Below, one piece after another: positions 24,400-37,342 of a stretch of 64,000 nucleotides of DNA (position 1 is the stretch's first letter; every line of letters starts with the position of its first letter). The notes beneath the pieces were generated by a model that searched no databases, was not told the origin of the DNA, and was given only the letters and a program-made list of their open reading frames with translations. This DNA is from Felis catus. Lineage: Eukaryota. The stretch covers positions 76,508,001-76,572,000 of the forward strand of contig NC_058368.1 in assembly GCF_018350175.1 (NCBI RefSeq). The letters run 5' to 3'. The translations under genes were made by a program, and so were the position numbers.

Positions 24400-24630
24400 G
24401 GGGTGCCTGGGTGGCACAGTCGGTTAAGCGTCCGACTTCAGCCAGGTCACGATCTCGCGGTCTGGGAGTTCGAGCCCCGCGTCAGGCTCTGGGCTGATGG
24501 CTCAGAGCCTGGAGCCTGTTTCCGATTCTGTGTCTCCCTCTCTCTCTGCCCCTCCCCTGTTCATGCTCTGTCTCTCTCTGTCCCAAAAATAAATAAAAAC
24601 GTTGAAAAAAAATTAAAACAAAACAAAACA
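24400..24630 (+). mobile_element. Young SINEC_Fc
   Basis: Perfect 18-bp direct repeat acaaatacggggcacgca at 24382-24399 and 24628-24645. Confidence 0.95.
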
Positions 24631-25083
24631 AATACGGGGCACGCACCCACGGACAGGTAAAATTAAAATGGCGAACTCTTGTGTCTGAGATCTTCATTTT
24701 TCATAATTTCACCGGAAGAGCTAAGCATAACGTTAAGTGCTAATAATGAACAAAATTCTCCTTATTTTTATTTCCTGACACCCCACTTCCAGTTGTGGGT
24801 TTTATACATCTGTCCAACAAAAACTTGCAGACTAATCGCAAAAACATTTATAAACACAGAGAAGTTCGGCCTGTATGCGGAATATGAATTTGGAAATGTT
24901 TACCTATGCAAATATTTGGGAACTAGAATTTCATTCTTGGCAAAGAAACTGAAGGGTTTTTTGCTAAGCATGTTGCTGCAGAAAACACAGCCAGGAATGA
25001 CTGCTTTTCCTCGGAAGAGGCTCCAGGAATGAGAATTATACCAGCATTTATTAATGTTGATCGAATGCTATTAAAAAAACAAA

Positions 25084-25299
25084 TTTTAATGTTTATTTAT
25101 TTTTGAGAGGGGGGACAGAGAGAGAGCACACGTGAGTGGGGAGGGGCTGAGAGAGGGAGACACAGAATCCAAAACAGGCTCCAGGCTCTGAGCTGTCAGC
25201 ACAGAGCCTGACGAGGGGCTCGAACCCACGAACTGAACCTTGAGATCATGACCTGAGCGAAAGCCAGATGCTTAAGGGACTGAGCCACCCAAGTGCCCC
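25084..25299 (-). mobile_element. Can-SINE (Fc2-like)
   Basis: TSD atc(g/a)aatgctatt. Confidence 0.93.
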
Positions 25300-25719
25300 A
25301 TCAAATGCTATTTTTACGTTAAAAGGAGCTGAGGAATTTGTCTTAAACTTTGACCTAACTGTCCTTTTTTTCCTCATGTTCATAATCAAAGCTATTATTT
25401 CAGAGGTGGGTTATTCTGTCTCTCTCAATTTCACTGACGTCCATCAAGACTAAACAGCACGAAGCTGCATACTCACTTGGGTCATTAAAAAAATATACCG
25501 TGTAATTTCAGTGTTTAGTCAACAAATGAATTCAGTAAGATTCACATGGTATTTTTGAGTCTTTTTTTTTTTTTTTTTTTTTTTTTAGAAAAATAGAGCC
25601 ACAACTTCAAGTCCTGTGGGCCACAGGTAGGGGTCAAGGTTGTGGCCAAGCAGGTGACTTTAGTGGTGCAGATGCAGGGGGTGGGCTCCAGTCTGAGCAG
25701 CGCGTCTGTCCCCAGATTC

Positions 25720-25733
25720 CCAGCAGGGGGCGG
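25720..25733 (+). promoter_or_regulatory. Candidate CTCF binding site
   Basis: CCAGCAGGGGGCGG matches the core consensus CCASYAGRKGGCRS at all positions. Confidence 0.5.
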
Positions 25734-26709
25734 GGGGGGGGGCGGCTGGCTTCTCTGCCTTGACTGATCGTGAAATGGCTGAGGTCTTTATGTTTTATTC
25801 TCAAACACCAATTCCATGCTATCTTTGAGTGTTCAAAAAAAAAAAAATGGAAAAGTTTGCCGGTCACATATTTAATATTTACCTGTTCGTAGGTGAAAAT
25901 AAATACCTGGCATTCCATCCGCAAGCTAGTTTGCTTTGGTCTCTGCTCTGGAGGAAAACTTGGAAAACAGGTTTTACCAAATCCTTAGAAGAATGTTTTG
26001 TTACACAAAGAGAGCATTGTTCCTCGGGACAAGATAGGCAATTAGGAGATAATGGATAAGTTTGTCTTTCGCGGTGAACTTAACAGAAAATAGAAATAAA
26101 GTAGAGTGATTACTGATTACAGGCGTTCTCTTACCTACCCTGGAACTTGTAAGAAAAACAGAGGAAGTTCGCTTTCCAAAGGGGCATTCAGAAAATGCTC
26201 AGTTGGTAACCCAAGCTAACGAAAACAAGGAAATGTGCAGTTAAGGCTGACTTCCAATGCCTCGCACAACACGGTGTCTTCCTAACTACTTCCCTTAGAT
26301 GTCCCTTTGAGTCCATCGAGGAAGGTCAGCTTAAACTGTGAATTTCCTTATGATTAGTTTCTGTCATGACCCTGGTGTTCTCTGAGCGACTTTCTGGTTA
26401 GTACATTTAATTTCCTCTCTTTAACAACATCGTATGACCCTGAGAGGGTAAGCTACCACAACTGAGAGTCAATTATCGCCAAGTGGAGGGATTGTTCTAG
26501 TTTGAGTCCCCAAACGTGGTAGGTTTTGCTTTATGACCAGATCCCACAGGTCGCCACAAACAGGCTTTTGGGGAGGCCCCATCTTCATAAAACGTTTTTG
26601 GAATATTAGCATACAATTTATTTCCTGATGTTAATACCATTTTGTATCTAAATGCTTTTTAACTTGTGTTTTGTGGTTTCAAAAACATGATCAAGAAATC
26701 TACCTTCTA

Positions 26710-26902
26710 GGGCTCCTGGGTGGCCGAGTCAGTTAAGCGTCCTACTCTTGCTTTCGGCTCAGGTCACGATCTCAGGGTTGGTGGCACGGAACCCCGCTCA
26801 GGCCCTGCCCTAACCACTCGTGGCCTGCTTGGGATTCTCTCTCTCTCCCTCTCTGTCTGCTCCTCCCCCACTCGCTTGCACCGGTGCGTGCGGGCACACA
26901 CA

Positions 26903-26937
<35 letters not shown>

Positions 26938-26970
26938 AAAATAAATGGATAATCGTTTAAAACAAAAAAA
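26710..26970 (+). mobile_element. Can-SINE (Fc3-like)
   Basis: TSD gaaatctaccttct. Confidence 0.93.
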
Positions 26971-27779
26971 GGAAATCTACCTTCTGTGTAAAATTACTAC
27001 CGTGATTTACAAGAACGCATCCATAGCCATCATTGGTGGGTTGAAAGGGAAGGATTCCATTGGACCTGAGAAAACGATGCTCACTTTTTCAGACTGGCCT
27101 CTCCTTTCGAAACCCTTCGCTGTGGACACTGAGCCAATCCTTGGGCGGCATCTCAAGTAGGTCACCCGATGTTCGTGATCGTTCTCAGGTAAGGAAAGTT
27201 CTGCAGTTATTCTAATATAAAAATAGTCTAATTTCAGTCACGTAAATGTCTACACCAGTGTACCTGCCGAAGTTCCGAATTTGGTTTAGAGGTGGTTTGT
27301 CTCCCCCACACCGTGGGCCTACTTGCAGGGGCCTGGGATGGAAAAGGGGTTGGCTTCTCCATCTCAACACCTTCTCCTTTTCTTGTCCTACCCTTGCCCA
27401 CTAGGCTGCCTTCTGGCTCTTTCTGGGCTGGAGTGAGCCAGGGGGAGGAAGGAGAGGTAAGAAGGCAGAAAAGGTGCTGATCAGTCACTGGTATTCTCAG
27501 GACGGCTGAGTCTTCAAAGCTAACCCTTTAGGTCTCGAATATATTTGTGAGTTCTTTGGAGACCCCATTCCAAAGAAAGATCTCTGCTTCTAGTTCCCTT
27601 CATGGGATAAAAATGAATTCTCTGGCTGTTACTCAAGGTACCCCTCAGCGTCTGTGGCAACCCTCCAAGCTTTTGCTGTTGGCAGTAAGTGCTCCCTGAT
27701 GGGGTCGCTGTAACAAGCTGGGTCCTTCCCCGGGGCTTACTTCTGGTCTTCTAGCTCCCAGGGTAGCTGTGGCCCCTCA

Positions 27780-27932
27780 CAGGACCGGCTACATAATTAC
27801 AGGGCCCAGTGTGAGAGGAAACTGCAGGGTCTCTTGTTCAAAAATGGAGAATTCCAAGATGGCGACAACAGAACGTTAGGCCAACTGTGAGTCCCTCTGA
27901 GTGCGGGAGGACTGCACCGGTGTCTGGCCCAG
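27780..27932 (-). mobile_element. MER45A-like hAT-Tip100 MITE
   Basis: caggaccggctacataatt...gggcccagtg...cttgttcaaaaa...caagatggcgac matches reverse MER45A. Confidence 0.75.
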
Positions 27933-28299
27933 CTCCTCACTTACCTCCAGAACAATAGCACTCATACCTGCTTTCCTCAAGTCTTCAACACCACTCCACC
28001 ATACTTCCCTGAGTTTCACAGCAGAAAGTGGGAGAGAAACCCTACGTCCCTGTCTTTGGCACAGAGGAGGCCAACGCCAAGTACTAACCTCCTCTGAGGA
28101 AAATGTCTTGATTTCATGAGCTTCATTCCTTGCTACCCTGGAGATGCGCTCAGTCAGGGGTTGACAAAGATCTCCTTTCCAGGGATGTGCCCTAGTGAAC
28201 ACCCAACAAAGTCTTCCAGTAATTGTGCCAGGTTTTTCTCTGGGCCTCCATCCTCTCCACTACCTTCAGGCTACTTGCTAGAAGATTTTTGAGGAGTGT

Positions 28300-28645
28300 G
28301 TGGCCAGGCCTGAACCGTCAGTACGTCACCTTCCGCTCACCAGAGGCCACGACAGGCAACGGGAGCTGTGAGTGAGGTGCTGAGGTGACTTGCTCGTCCC
28401 CCTCAGGAAGAGACCGGAAGAGCGTGACATGGTGTGCAGTCTGCTGGCTGCCATCCTGTGACCACAGAAGTGAAATCCGGAGGGAGGTGGAAAAAGGCAA
28501 AAGCCTAATTATACCCTCTGAGCCCCTACATCCAGCTAATTCTGTGATGTGGAGTTAAACGAGGCCGTGGATTGATCCCCTTCTGGCTTAAGCCAGTTCG
28601 AATTAGGTTTTCCGTAACGTACAACCCGGAGGCTTAACTGGTACA
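28300..28645 (+). mobile_element. Old MaLR LTR (MLT1J/K-like)
   Basis: gccatcctgtgaccac...tgagcccctacatccagct...gcttaagccagttcgaattaggtttt...taactggtaca. Confidence 0.6.
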
Positions 28646-28726
28646 TTTACCAATATTAACCTTTTATAGCTCATCAGTTCAGTTTTATTCCTAAGTAATA
28701 ATTATTATGAATATGCACTTTAAACA

Positions 28727-29170
28727 GGGTGCCTGGGGGCGCCTGGGTGGCGCAGTCGGTTAAGCGTCCGACTTCAGCCAGGTCACGATCTCGCGGTCCG
28801 GGAGTTCGAGCCCCGCATCAGGCTCTGGGCTAACGGCTCAGAGCCTGGAGCCTGTTTCCGATTCTGTGTCTCCCTCTCTCTCTCTGCCCCTCCCCCGTTC
28901 ATGCTCTGTCTCTCTCTGTCCCAAAAATAAATAAACGTTGAAAAAAAAATAAAAATAAATAAACAGGGTGCCTGGGTGGCTCAGTTGGTTAAGCATCCGA
29001 CTCTTGACTTCAGGTCAGGTTATTATCTCATGGTTTGTGGGTTTGAGCCTCCATCGGGCTCTGTGCTCACGGCACGGAGCCTGCTTGGGGTTGTCTCTCT
29101 CTCCCTCTCTCTCTTTGCCCCTCCCTTGCTCGCTCGCTCTCAAAATAAATAAATAAACATTTAAAAAATA
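28727..29170 (+). mobile_element. Older Can-SINE (Fc3-like) interrupted near its 5' end by a younger SINE
   Basis: Its own degenerate TSD atat..actttaaa.a at 28711-28726 and 29171-29186. Confidence 0.88.
28737..28959 (+). mobile_element. Young SINEC_Fc nested in the head of the older SINE
   Basis: TSD taaacagggtgcctgg at 28721-28736 and 28960-28975. Confidence 0.95.
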
Positions 29171-29688
29171 ATATAAACTTTAAAGAGTGCTAAAATGCCA
29201 TGTACTTTTACCACGATTTCCCATATATCTTCCAACTATTTTGTTATTTTTCAAGGGCTGGTGACCACGTTACTCCTTCATACTCGGGTAAAAAGTAACG
29301 AACATTATGGATAAAAGTACACAACCGATGACACAGGCCGCATGTGGGAAGTATAGCAGTTTGCAGATGATGGTAACAAAGTGTATAAGACGTTTTTGCA
29401 CCCCTCGGAGACGTGTCCTGGGAAATACCAATGAATTAACCTGAACGGTAATCGCGATTCCTAATTGATGCTGGCAAACAAAATAGAATGTCATCACTTA
29501 CATCACTTACGAAAGTTTCCATATAATCTACGTGACTTTTTTTTTTTTTTAAAGATGGTTCTCACTGTTTTTCAGGTTGTTGCTGTGGCATTAATAACAC
29601 TGTCATTTTTGAAACAAGTAAAAGATAAAGGAAGAGGAAATCATTAGCAAGAACAACCCCAAGAATGTTTTAAAACTTGACCTTTCAT

Positions 29689-29904
29689 GGGGCGCCTGGG
29701 TGGCTCGGTCGGTTAAGCGTCCGACTTCGGCTCCGGTCATGATCTCGTGGGTCATGAGTGCGAGCCCCGCGTCGGGCTCTGTGCTGACAGCTCGGAGCCT
29801 GGAGCCTGCTTCGGATTCTGTGTCTCCCTCTCTCTCTGACCCTTCCTCGTTCATGCTCTCTCTCTGTCTCAAAAATAAATATTAAAAAAAGTATTAAAAA
29901 AAAA
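29689..29904 (+). mobile_element. Can-SINE (Fc2-like)
   Basis: TSD aaaacttgacctttc. Confidence 0.95.
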
Positions 29905-31209
29905 ACTTGACCTTTCTTTCATTTCCTCCCTACTCAGTGAAACTCATCTGTTAAAGGGAATCTATAATATAACTTATTCCACATTCTCTGTCCCTCAAAG
30001 ACACTGCCATTTGTAAATTTTCTCCTCCCCACACGAACACTTCCCCGAACGACAGCAACGTCAAACCTCACAAGTACCATCGAGAAGCAAGAAGGAAGTT
30101 TCCTCTTGGAAGAAGACACGAGGCTTAGGTGGTCTTCTGTTCTAGAAACTCTACCACGCTCCCTGCTCACACCCACGGGTTTGCCTTCGACTCCTCCTGC
30201 TTTCAAGACAAAACTGGGGCAAGACCACAATGGTGGGGATCATATTTTAAATTCTCCGCGGCTGCATTCGTGGGCTGCACTCTCTTTGAAGTATAAAATT
30301 AATGGTTACACTGGACACCCCAAACAGGGCCCCAGAAGGTGACCGTGGCGTGCCATCGCTGCGATTTTCAAATGTGAACATTTCCAGAGGTGGGCATGTG
30401 TGCGTGCTGATAACATCTCCATCTGGGGCCTATTCCTCCTGCCAGCTATTTGCAAGCCGTCTTCTTTGAAGTCTGAGGAATCCTTGAGGGGAGATGCGGA
30501 GAAACGTTGCCAGGATAATGGGCCAGGGACACTCCTGACAAATCGCGCCAGAAACAAAAAACAAAAACCAAAAGATCCTGAGCCACCACTGTGTTGGGAT
30601 TGAAATGCAGCGTCCCCCGCCACCCCACCCCCGCCAAAAAAAACCTCTAAAAGCCTCTATATATGCCCCCATCAGAAGAACGATCACCATAACAAAGATA
30701 ATCATTTCGAAAGCATTTCTTGAAAGGATCCAGGGGCAAAACCTAAGTGCTATAGGCTGAGTGCGGTTTGATGGAGACAGAAAAAAAACGGGATATTTCA
30801 ATGACAATGACAGGATTATCAAGTGTGCTGGGGCCTCCGGATCTCTACCTACCAGGCCCCCCTCCACAGACACAAGCTACCCAGAGGCTAGCTGGCTCAT
30901 GGCTAAGTCTGAGCCCTCAGTCTCTCACCTGAAGCCCCACATCAGCTCCCCTCTGCCGGCCCAGGAGGCGACAGCTTTAGGGTGGTGTGCAAAATCTATT
31001 CAAGGTCACGCCCTGCCTCTTTCCAATCTCACCCCCGCCCCCCGCCATAGCCCTCCCCCTGCTACACATGCGCACCTCTCTACCACCACACGCTCACTCG
31101 CACACACTCACACGCACGTGCACACACTCACGCTCCCACACATCCCCCACACCCCGGCCAAGCTGAAAGTCTTGCCGATAGGGCTTTGCACGTGCTGTGG
31201 CGCCTAACT

Positions 31210-31764
31210 CAGGGGTCAGCAATTTTTTTTTTTTTTTTTTTTTTTTTGGTAAAGGGGCCAATGGTGAACACTTTCAGCTTTTGAAATAGAACCATAGTTG
31301 CAACTGACTCTGCCATTGGCCGTAAGGGAATGGGCATGGTTGTGTCCCAATAAAATGTGATTTACAGACACTAACATTTGAATTTCATATAATTTATATG
31401 TGTCATAAGATATAATGTTTCCATTGTCCCCTACCATCTAAATAGGTATATATATATAGGGGCACCTGGGTGGCTCAGCCGGTTGGGCATCCGACTCAGG
31501 TCATGATCTCAAAGTCAGTGAGTTCGAGCCCCATGTCAGGCTCTGTGCTGACAGCTCAGAGCCTGGAGCCTGCTTCGGGTTCTGTGTCTCCTCCTCTGTC
31601 TGCCCTTCCCATGCTCATGCTCTGTCTCTCTCTGCCAATAATAAATAAATATTTAAAAATAAAAATAACTAAATAAATATAAAAAAAAAACATTTCTAGC
31701 TCCCAGGCCACACAAAAACGGGCAGTGAGCCAGATTTGGCCCCAGGCCACAGTTGGTGAGCCCT
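31210..31764. mobile_element. MER58B-like hAT element split by a Can-SINE
   Basis: Imperfect TIRs caggggtcagcaa...ttggtgagccctg; internal cccaataaaa...acatttgaatttcatataattt. Confidence 0.8.
31459..31690 (+). mobile_element. Can-SINE (Fc2-like)
   Basis: Head, CT tract, A tail. Confidence 0.92.
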
Positions 31765-32068
31765 GCTCTAGGTATATGGCCGGAGTCTACTTATGTGCCA
31801 AACTAACTCTTTCAGACAGTTCTGGAACCTTCCACACCCAGGCAAAGGGCTGCCGTGGTCATAGTAATACAGCTCTCTGAAACTGCTTTTTCAATATTTT
31901 AAATGTTCCCTACCTTTCCTCCTAGCCAGGCTCTGAGCTCTTTATAAGCAGCAAAAACTCTTAAAGCAATTTTGTTTCCCACCAAGCCCTCAACCTGTGC
32001 CAAATTAATAGTTACATAAAGCGAGGAGACTCAAATTTTCAGACTCCTTTCTCTCCTCCTGCAAAGTA

Positions 32069-32308
32069 TTTTCTTTTCTTAATGTCTGCTTGCTTGCTTG
32101 CTTGTTTGTTTGTTTATTTATTTTGAGTGAGAGAGAGACACATACACACACGGAGTGTGAGCGGGAGAGGAGCAGAGAGAGAGGGAGACACAGAATCCGA
32201 AGCAGGCTCCAGGCACCGAGCCTAATGCGGGGCTCAAACCCAGGAACCATGAGATCATGACCTGAGCTGAAGTCGGACACATAACCGACTGAGCCACCCG
32301 GGCGCCCC
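32069..32308 (-). mobile_element. Can-SINE
   Basis: TSD ctcctgcaaa(g/a)tatt. Confidence 0.93.
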
Positions 32309-32479
32309 TCCTCCTGCAAAATATTTCTGACGTGTCATTTGTCTGGGAATAAAAGGCACTAGGTACAGTGGGACCAGGAGACAGTCTGCCTGGGAAATCA
32401 GAGTCCTGCCAGAGCCAGCTCCCGGTTCTCTGTGGGGATAATTGCTAATATGACCTGGGTTAGGGTGTGGTGGACAGTC

Positions 32480-32800
32480 ACCCTTCCCACAAACATTCCA
32501 CTGCTCCTGGGTGTTAGGGCTGTAGCTGGGAACAGGACAAAGATACTCCTTGCCCTGAGGGACTTACAGACTGGTCAGGAAGAAAGACTGCAAAAGCCAG
32601 TCTGATGAGAAAGTCCAGAGCGCCAGGAGCGCTGAGCAGAGGAAGCCAGTCCTGCAGGGAAGGGAGAGGCTCCGGGAGGACCTTGAGGAGGTGAGGTGCA
32701 CACTCAGAAAGTTGGAGTTGGCTAGGTGAAAAGAGAGGGAAGGGTGTCTAAGTAGAAGGAACAGTCTGCATGAAGGCTCAGAGGTCAGAGAACCAGAGAC
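32480..32800 (-). mobile_element. L2 relic
   Basis: aacaggacaaagatactccttgccctgagggacttacagact...gaaggaacagtctgcatgaaggctcagagg. Confidence 0.6.
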
Positions 32801-33068
32801 AGGTTGTCCAACCATCCCAGTAGGGCAGGAGACGGCCGAGGTCACCGAGGGGATGGATGGAGCCAGAGGAGAGAAGACGTGGGAGGACTGAGTCCTGAGC
32901 CCTCCAACATGAGAACGATTTATTGTCGTTGCAGAGCTAATGGATTCACTGGCTGACTCCAGTGATACAATTGTCCAAGCGATGCATCAGAACCATGTGC
33001 CCGAAACTCCTTTATGTTCTAGCAAATAATATTGCGCAGAAGTGAGAATATGGTTTTGTCATTTTGGG

Positions 33069-33296
33069 TTTTTTTTAAGGATTTCTTCAACTTATTTATT
33101 TTGAGAGCAACAGAGAGAGAGCCTGTGCACGCGAGCTAGGGAGGGACAGAGAGAGGGAGAGAGAGAATCCCAAGCAGTCTCTGTGCAGTCAGCGTGCAGA
33201 GCCCAACGCAGGGCTCGACCCAACAAACCCACGAGATCATGACGTGAGCCGAAACCAAGAGTCAGTGCTCACCCGACTGAGCCACCCAGGCACCCC
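33069..33296 (-). mobile_element. Can-SINE (Fc3-like)
   Basis: Reverse-complement SINE; TSD ttg(t/g)cattt. Confidence 0.92.
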
Positions 33297-33399
33297 TTGG
33301 CATTTCATACTGGCAAAAAAAATATACACATAACTATCTTCCACACAAAGTGAAAATTGCGCACACACCCACTTCATAAGGGAAATAGTGCAGAAAACA

Positions 33400-36300
33400 C
33401 TACTCGGTAACTCCAACTCAGAGCCTAGCTGCAAAACGGGAACACGATACGCAGGGACAAAAATAAAAACTGGCCGAGTGTGGTGGGACATGGCAGTTCA
33501 CTGTCTTCTCCCTGCCGGTGAGGGTTTTGGAGCCCGGAGCAGGGCTGGCGCTGTGCCTCCCCAGGCGAAGACCTTTCTGAAACTGATTTGATTTTGATGA
33601 ACTCAGGAAAGCAGGGGGGCAGGAGAAGATCAAAGCTCCCCCGCCCAGCCCAGCACCAGTCCCCCTCTCTTTTCTCCAGGTCCGCACTTAACCGCACTTA
33701 ACCGGCAGATCTCGCAGGAATCCCAACACACCTAACGTCAGGGAAAACGCATTTTAAAACCAATCTTTGAGCTATTGCGCTATTGCTTGCTCCAAGAAGT
33801 CAAGTCCTAGAGCAACGCCACAACAGTGAGCAGGACCCACTGCCAAAACGTGAGACTTTCAGCCCATTATCCAGAGGGCGCATCACTGCAGGACGGCAGA
33901 GAGCACAAGGGCCGCAGCCCAGATCCGTCCCCTCCGAGCTCAGCTTCCTGCCTCTCCGCCCCTGGCAAGAAAGCAGAGCTGAGGGGAAGCGCCCCCCACC
34001 CCCTCCCCTGCCCCCGGGGGGCCTGAGCTCTCCGTGCACTTAGGGAAAATTGCAGCATTTCAGCAGAAATCTCTGAGCTGCACTCAAAGATATCAAAGCA
34101 ATCCGTCCTACTAGGACCCTAAACATTTTGAAGGAAGGTGGCCTTACTTTTTCTCTCCCCCTTCCTTCCTTCCTTTCTTTCTTTTTTTCTTTCTTTTTTC
34201 TTTTTTAATGACAAGCCCTTCAATTTACTGGAGCTGAAGAAGGCCCTCTCTTCCTGACAGGGTAAGCTGGCTTTCTTCCCCCCAGAGGAATGGCCTGTTG
34301 CAAGAATAAGGCCCCAGATGCTAAATTCTTGGGCTCTGCCCCTGGTTCCGGCTGTAGTGATGGCGAAGCTGTGTCTGGGAGCCTGTACGTATGCGGCATA
34401 AATATGTCAGTTCTGCCTTCACTCCATAGAAACGCCTCGATCTCTTAGCGGGGTCACATCACCATCATTACAGGGCATGTAAGCCAGGTGTGGTTTGTAA
34501 AATTAAAACAGCAACAACAAAAGGTAGTTGGGAGGAGGGTCCCCCGAGTGGTAGAAATTGCGTTCACCCTGTGAACCACCCTGTGGTTTAGACCACGTTC
34601 AGTTCAGTCGGGTCCGGGACCACTCAAACCAGTATACTCCCACCTGCCATGATCAATTTCAGAGAGTTCCATATTGTTTCACTAGGGGGAAAAATGAGCA
34701 AAACTTTCTGTTTTTCTTATACCAATGGTTATTGATTTATGAAATGAAAATGATTCATGAATGGGGGGAAATGGAATTATTTTTCCATGCTTCTGTCCTT
34801 AATATGAGATTTTAATGCTCTGTGTGCCTTCTTTCCACTTTGGACTCAGGAACAAAGGAGTAACCGGCAGATTTCACTCTGCTTCCTTATTTAAATGAAA
34901 TGCAACAGTCTCAAAAAAAGTTGTTGAAATCAACTGGCGGTTAGCATGTCTTCTTGAAAATCTGTTTTTGTGTATCAACCTCATACTCTTCTCAGCCTGT
35001 TTTCTTTTGTCTTGACAAATATTATTTTCCTGGGTAAGTGACAGACACGTGTCCGGACGCATATGCACTGAGCAGAGAGGCACACACTGGGGTTTCTTTG
35101 TTCCTCAGAAGGCTGACCCGGAGCCCGGGACCCCAGAGATGGAATGGATTCTCCTGGGCTCCCTTACTCATTAACTGCAGGAAATTCCCAGGGGCTGTTC
35201 CTGAAGGTTGAGTCCAGTCTAGCTTAAAATGACTCAGGTATGTAGGAGTTCTCCAGAGTTCCGCGTCACAGACCTACCCCACCCTGCTTGCTGGAATCAC
35301 AAGCCACGTTTTCTTCTCTAAGATACGCAGTAAAGCTCAAAATTTTAAAGGAACTGAATAAATTCCTAGTGAAGTCCCTTCCCACATAATTTGCAAGCAG
35401 AACTGAGACATTGACTTTATTGAATTCCTTGCACACTGAATAATTAACAGATGCTATTTTTTTTTTAACACATTTTGCACAAGTGTGGCATATGCAGCGT
35501 AAATGCTGGAAACAATTAGATCTGAAACACATAAACCACACTGGGGATCTCTATTTGTAACTTTAATCCCTTTAGTATAAAATACCCTGTTCCTGACTCT
35601 TTTCAGTATTGTATTCACCAAATCACTTGACATATAAATATCAACGACTCCTTTTGTACCTGTGTGTGTGTGCGTGTGTGTGTGTGTGTGTGTGTTGCTT
35701 TCAATATCTTCTCGTTTGTTTTTGAACAAAGAGAAATTGCCAGAGTCACAGGCACGGCCTTTAATTTTAAAGGAATTTTCTTTTCTTGCAAATCTGCTCT
35801 CGCTGTAATCCTAGAAGTACAAAAGACAGCTAAATTATCTATCCCGCGTTCTGACCAGAGCAGCGTCTAACGTTTACCTTTGATTCGGGTTAAACAGCAC
35901 CCTGGCAAGAGATTTCGAGAAGATCCTTCAGAAGGTTGGTACCCAGTAGCATACGCAGCTGCTTCCTGAAGTTTAAAGGGCAGGGCTGAGGCGTAGCGCA
36001 GGGTTGCCACGAAGAACAGTAAATAACGATTATAAAATGCTTGGTAAATGCTTCTAATGTGACACATAAATGCTCTATAATAAAAGAATGTTCCAGCGAG
36101 GGACAGGGGACCCTGTGCAGGTGGAGGCGTTGGCCTTCAGATGAGTCATAACCGTGATTAGCAAAAACCTCAAGCTCCTCCGAGAGAGCGCTATTATGCC
36201 AGCTTCCCAGATTTGTTCTCTCCAAATATGGGAATGTTCTTCCTCATGTCCCCTTCCAAAGCGTGACTTCTGGTCGAGAGCACAGAGGTGCCAACACTTG

Positions 36301-36800
36301 CTCCCGGACACCGCGGGAGTGAGTCACGGCCGTAGAAATCACAGAGTGAAGACAGCGGATGGTCTCTTGGGTTGGGTTAGGACTGGAGGCATGGTCAACA
36401 CCCCGTCTGGTTCGCCAGCTGCTCCGCGGGCCCCTTCCAAGGAGTCTCCTCCTCTGTTTATTCAGTGCTCGTTCACTTGATATTCACGTACGTATTGCTC
36501 GGTTTCGACACGAGCCCATTCTCCTGAATCTCACAAACTAGCTTCCCTTTATGACACGTGGCGTCCCTGAAACCAGGCAGGCAGACGTCCTCCAGCCCAG
36601 GAACGGCACTCTCAGGCGCTGGCATTTCATTCGAGAAACACTTCCTTTAATCAATCAGGTCAATCCCTTCTCCCTACCCAAATCACCTCTTGTTAATTTT
36701 ACGCGGCCGACCTTCCGACTAAGTTTTGCTTAACGATCTGACTGTCATCCCACTGGGACAGGTGTTCAAGAAGACGTTGTTTCTGCACAGAGTTATCAGA
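33400..36800. promoter_or_regulatory. TE-poor, CpG-retaining enhancer/promoter-like block
   Basis: GC-rich 33.45-34.05 kb; AP-1 sites at 35230, 36142 and 36320; partial CTCF-like CCAGAGGGCGC at 33871. Confidence 0.4.
35662..35695. repeat. (TG)n microsatellite
   Basis: Seen directly. Confidence 0.95.
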
Positions 36801-37126
36801 ATTCATATAGAAACCGCTGTCCTTTGTCCTGTGACATATTGCATATGCTAGTGAGGATATCGGTCATAAAATTTAAATAGTCAATGCACCCATTTCCCTA
36901 ATGATGTTTATACCTCATGTTCCCTGTTTTTATTGCCTAAAATTTCTCCGTAAAAATCTGTTTATCCAGCAGGGAGTGTTTTACCCAACCTCCCCCCTGC
37001 TTGGACCAGTCTGTGGTTAAGATTCTCACGTAGGGACTGGAGAGGCGAGGAGAGCCATGAAAGAAAGGATAGAGGACATGCTTCCCTGTGAGGCAGAGTA
37101 CATTTACCTTCTGGGGTCCTGTGTTT

Positions 37127-37342
37127 CTTTTTTTTTTTTTTTAAGTTTATTATTTTGAGAGAGAGAGAGAGAACGTATGAGCAGGGGAGAGGCAAAGAGA
37201 GAGGGAGAGAGAGAATCCGAAGCAGGCTCCAGGCTCTGAACTGTCAGCACAGAGCCCGACGCGGGGCTCAAACTCATGAACCGTGAGATCATGACCTGAG
37301 CCGAAGTAGGACACTTACTCCACCGAGCCACCCAGGCGCCCC
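37127..37342 (-). mobile_element. Can-SINE (Fc2-like)
   Basis: TSD tgggg(t/c)cctgt. Confidence 0.93.

Noticed and set aside
30614-30670. GC boxes followed by TATATA as a promoter
   Set aside because: Short motifs with no other support.
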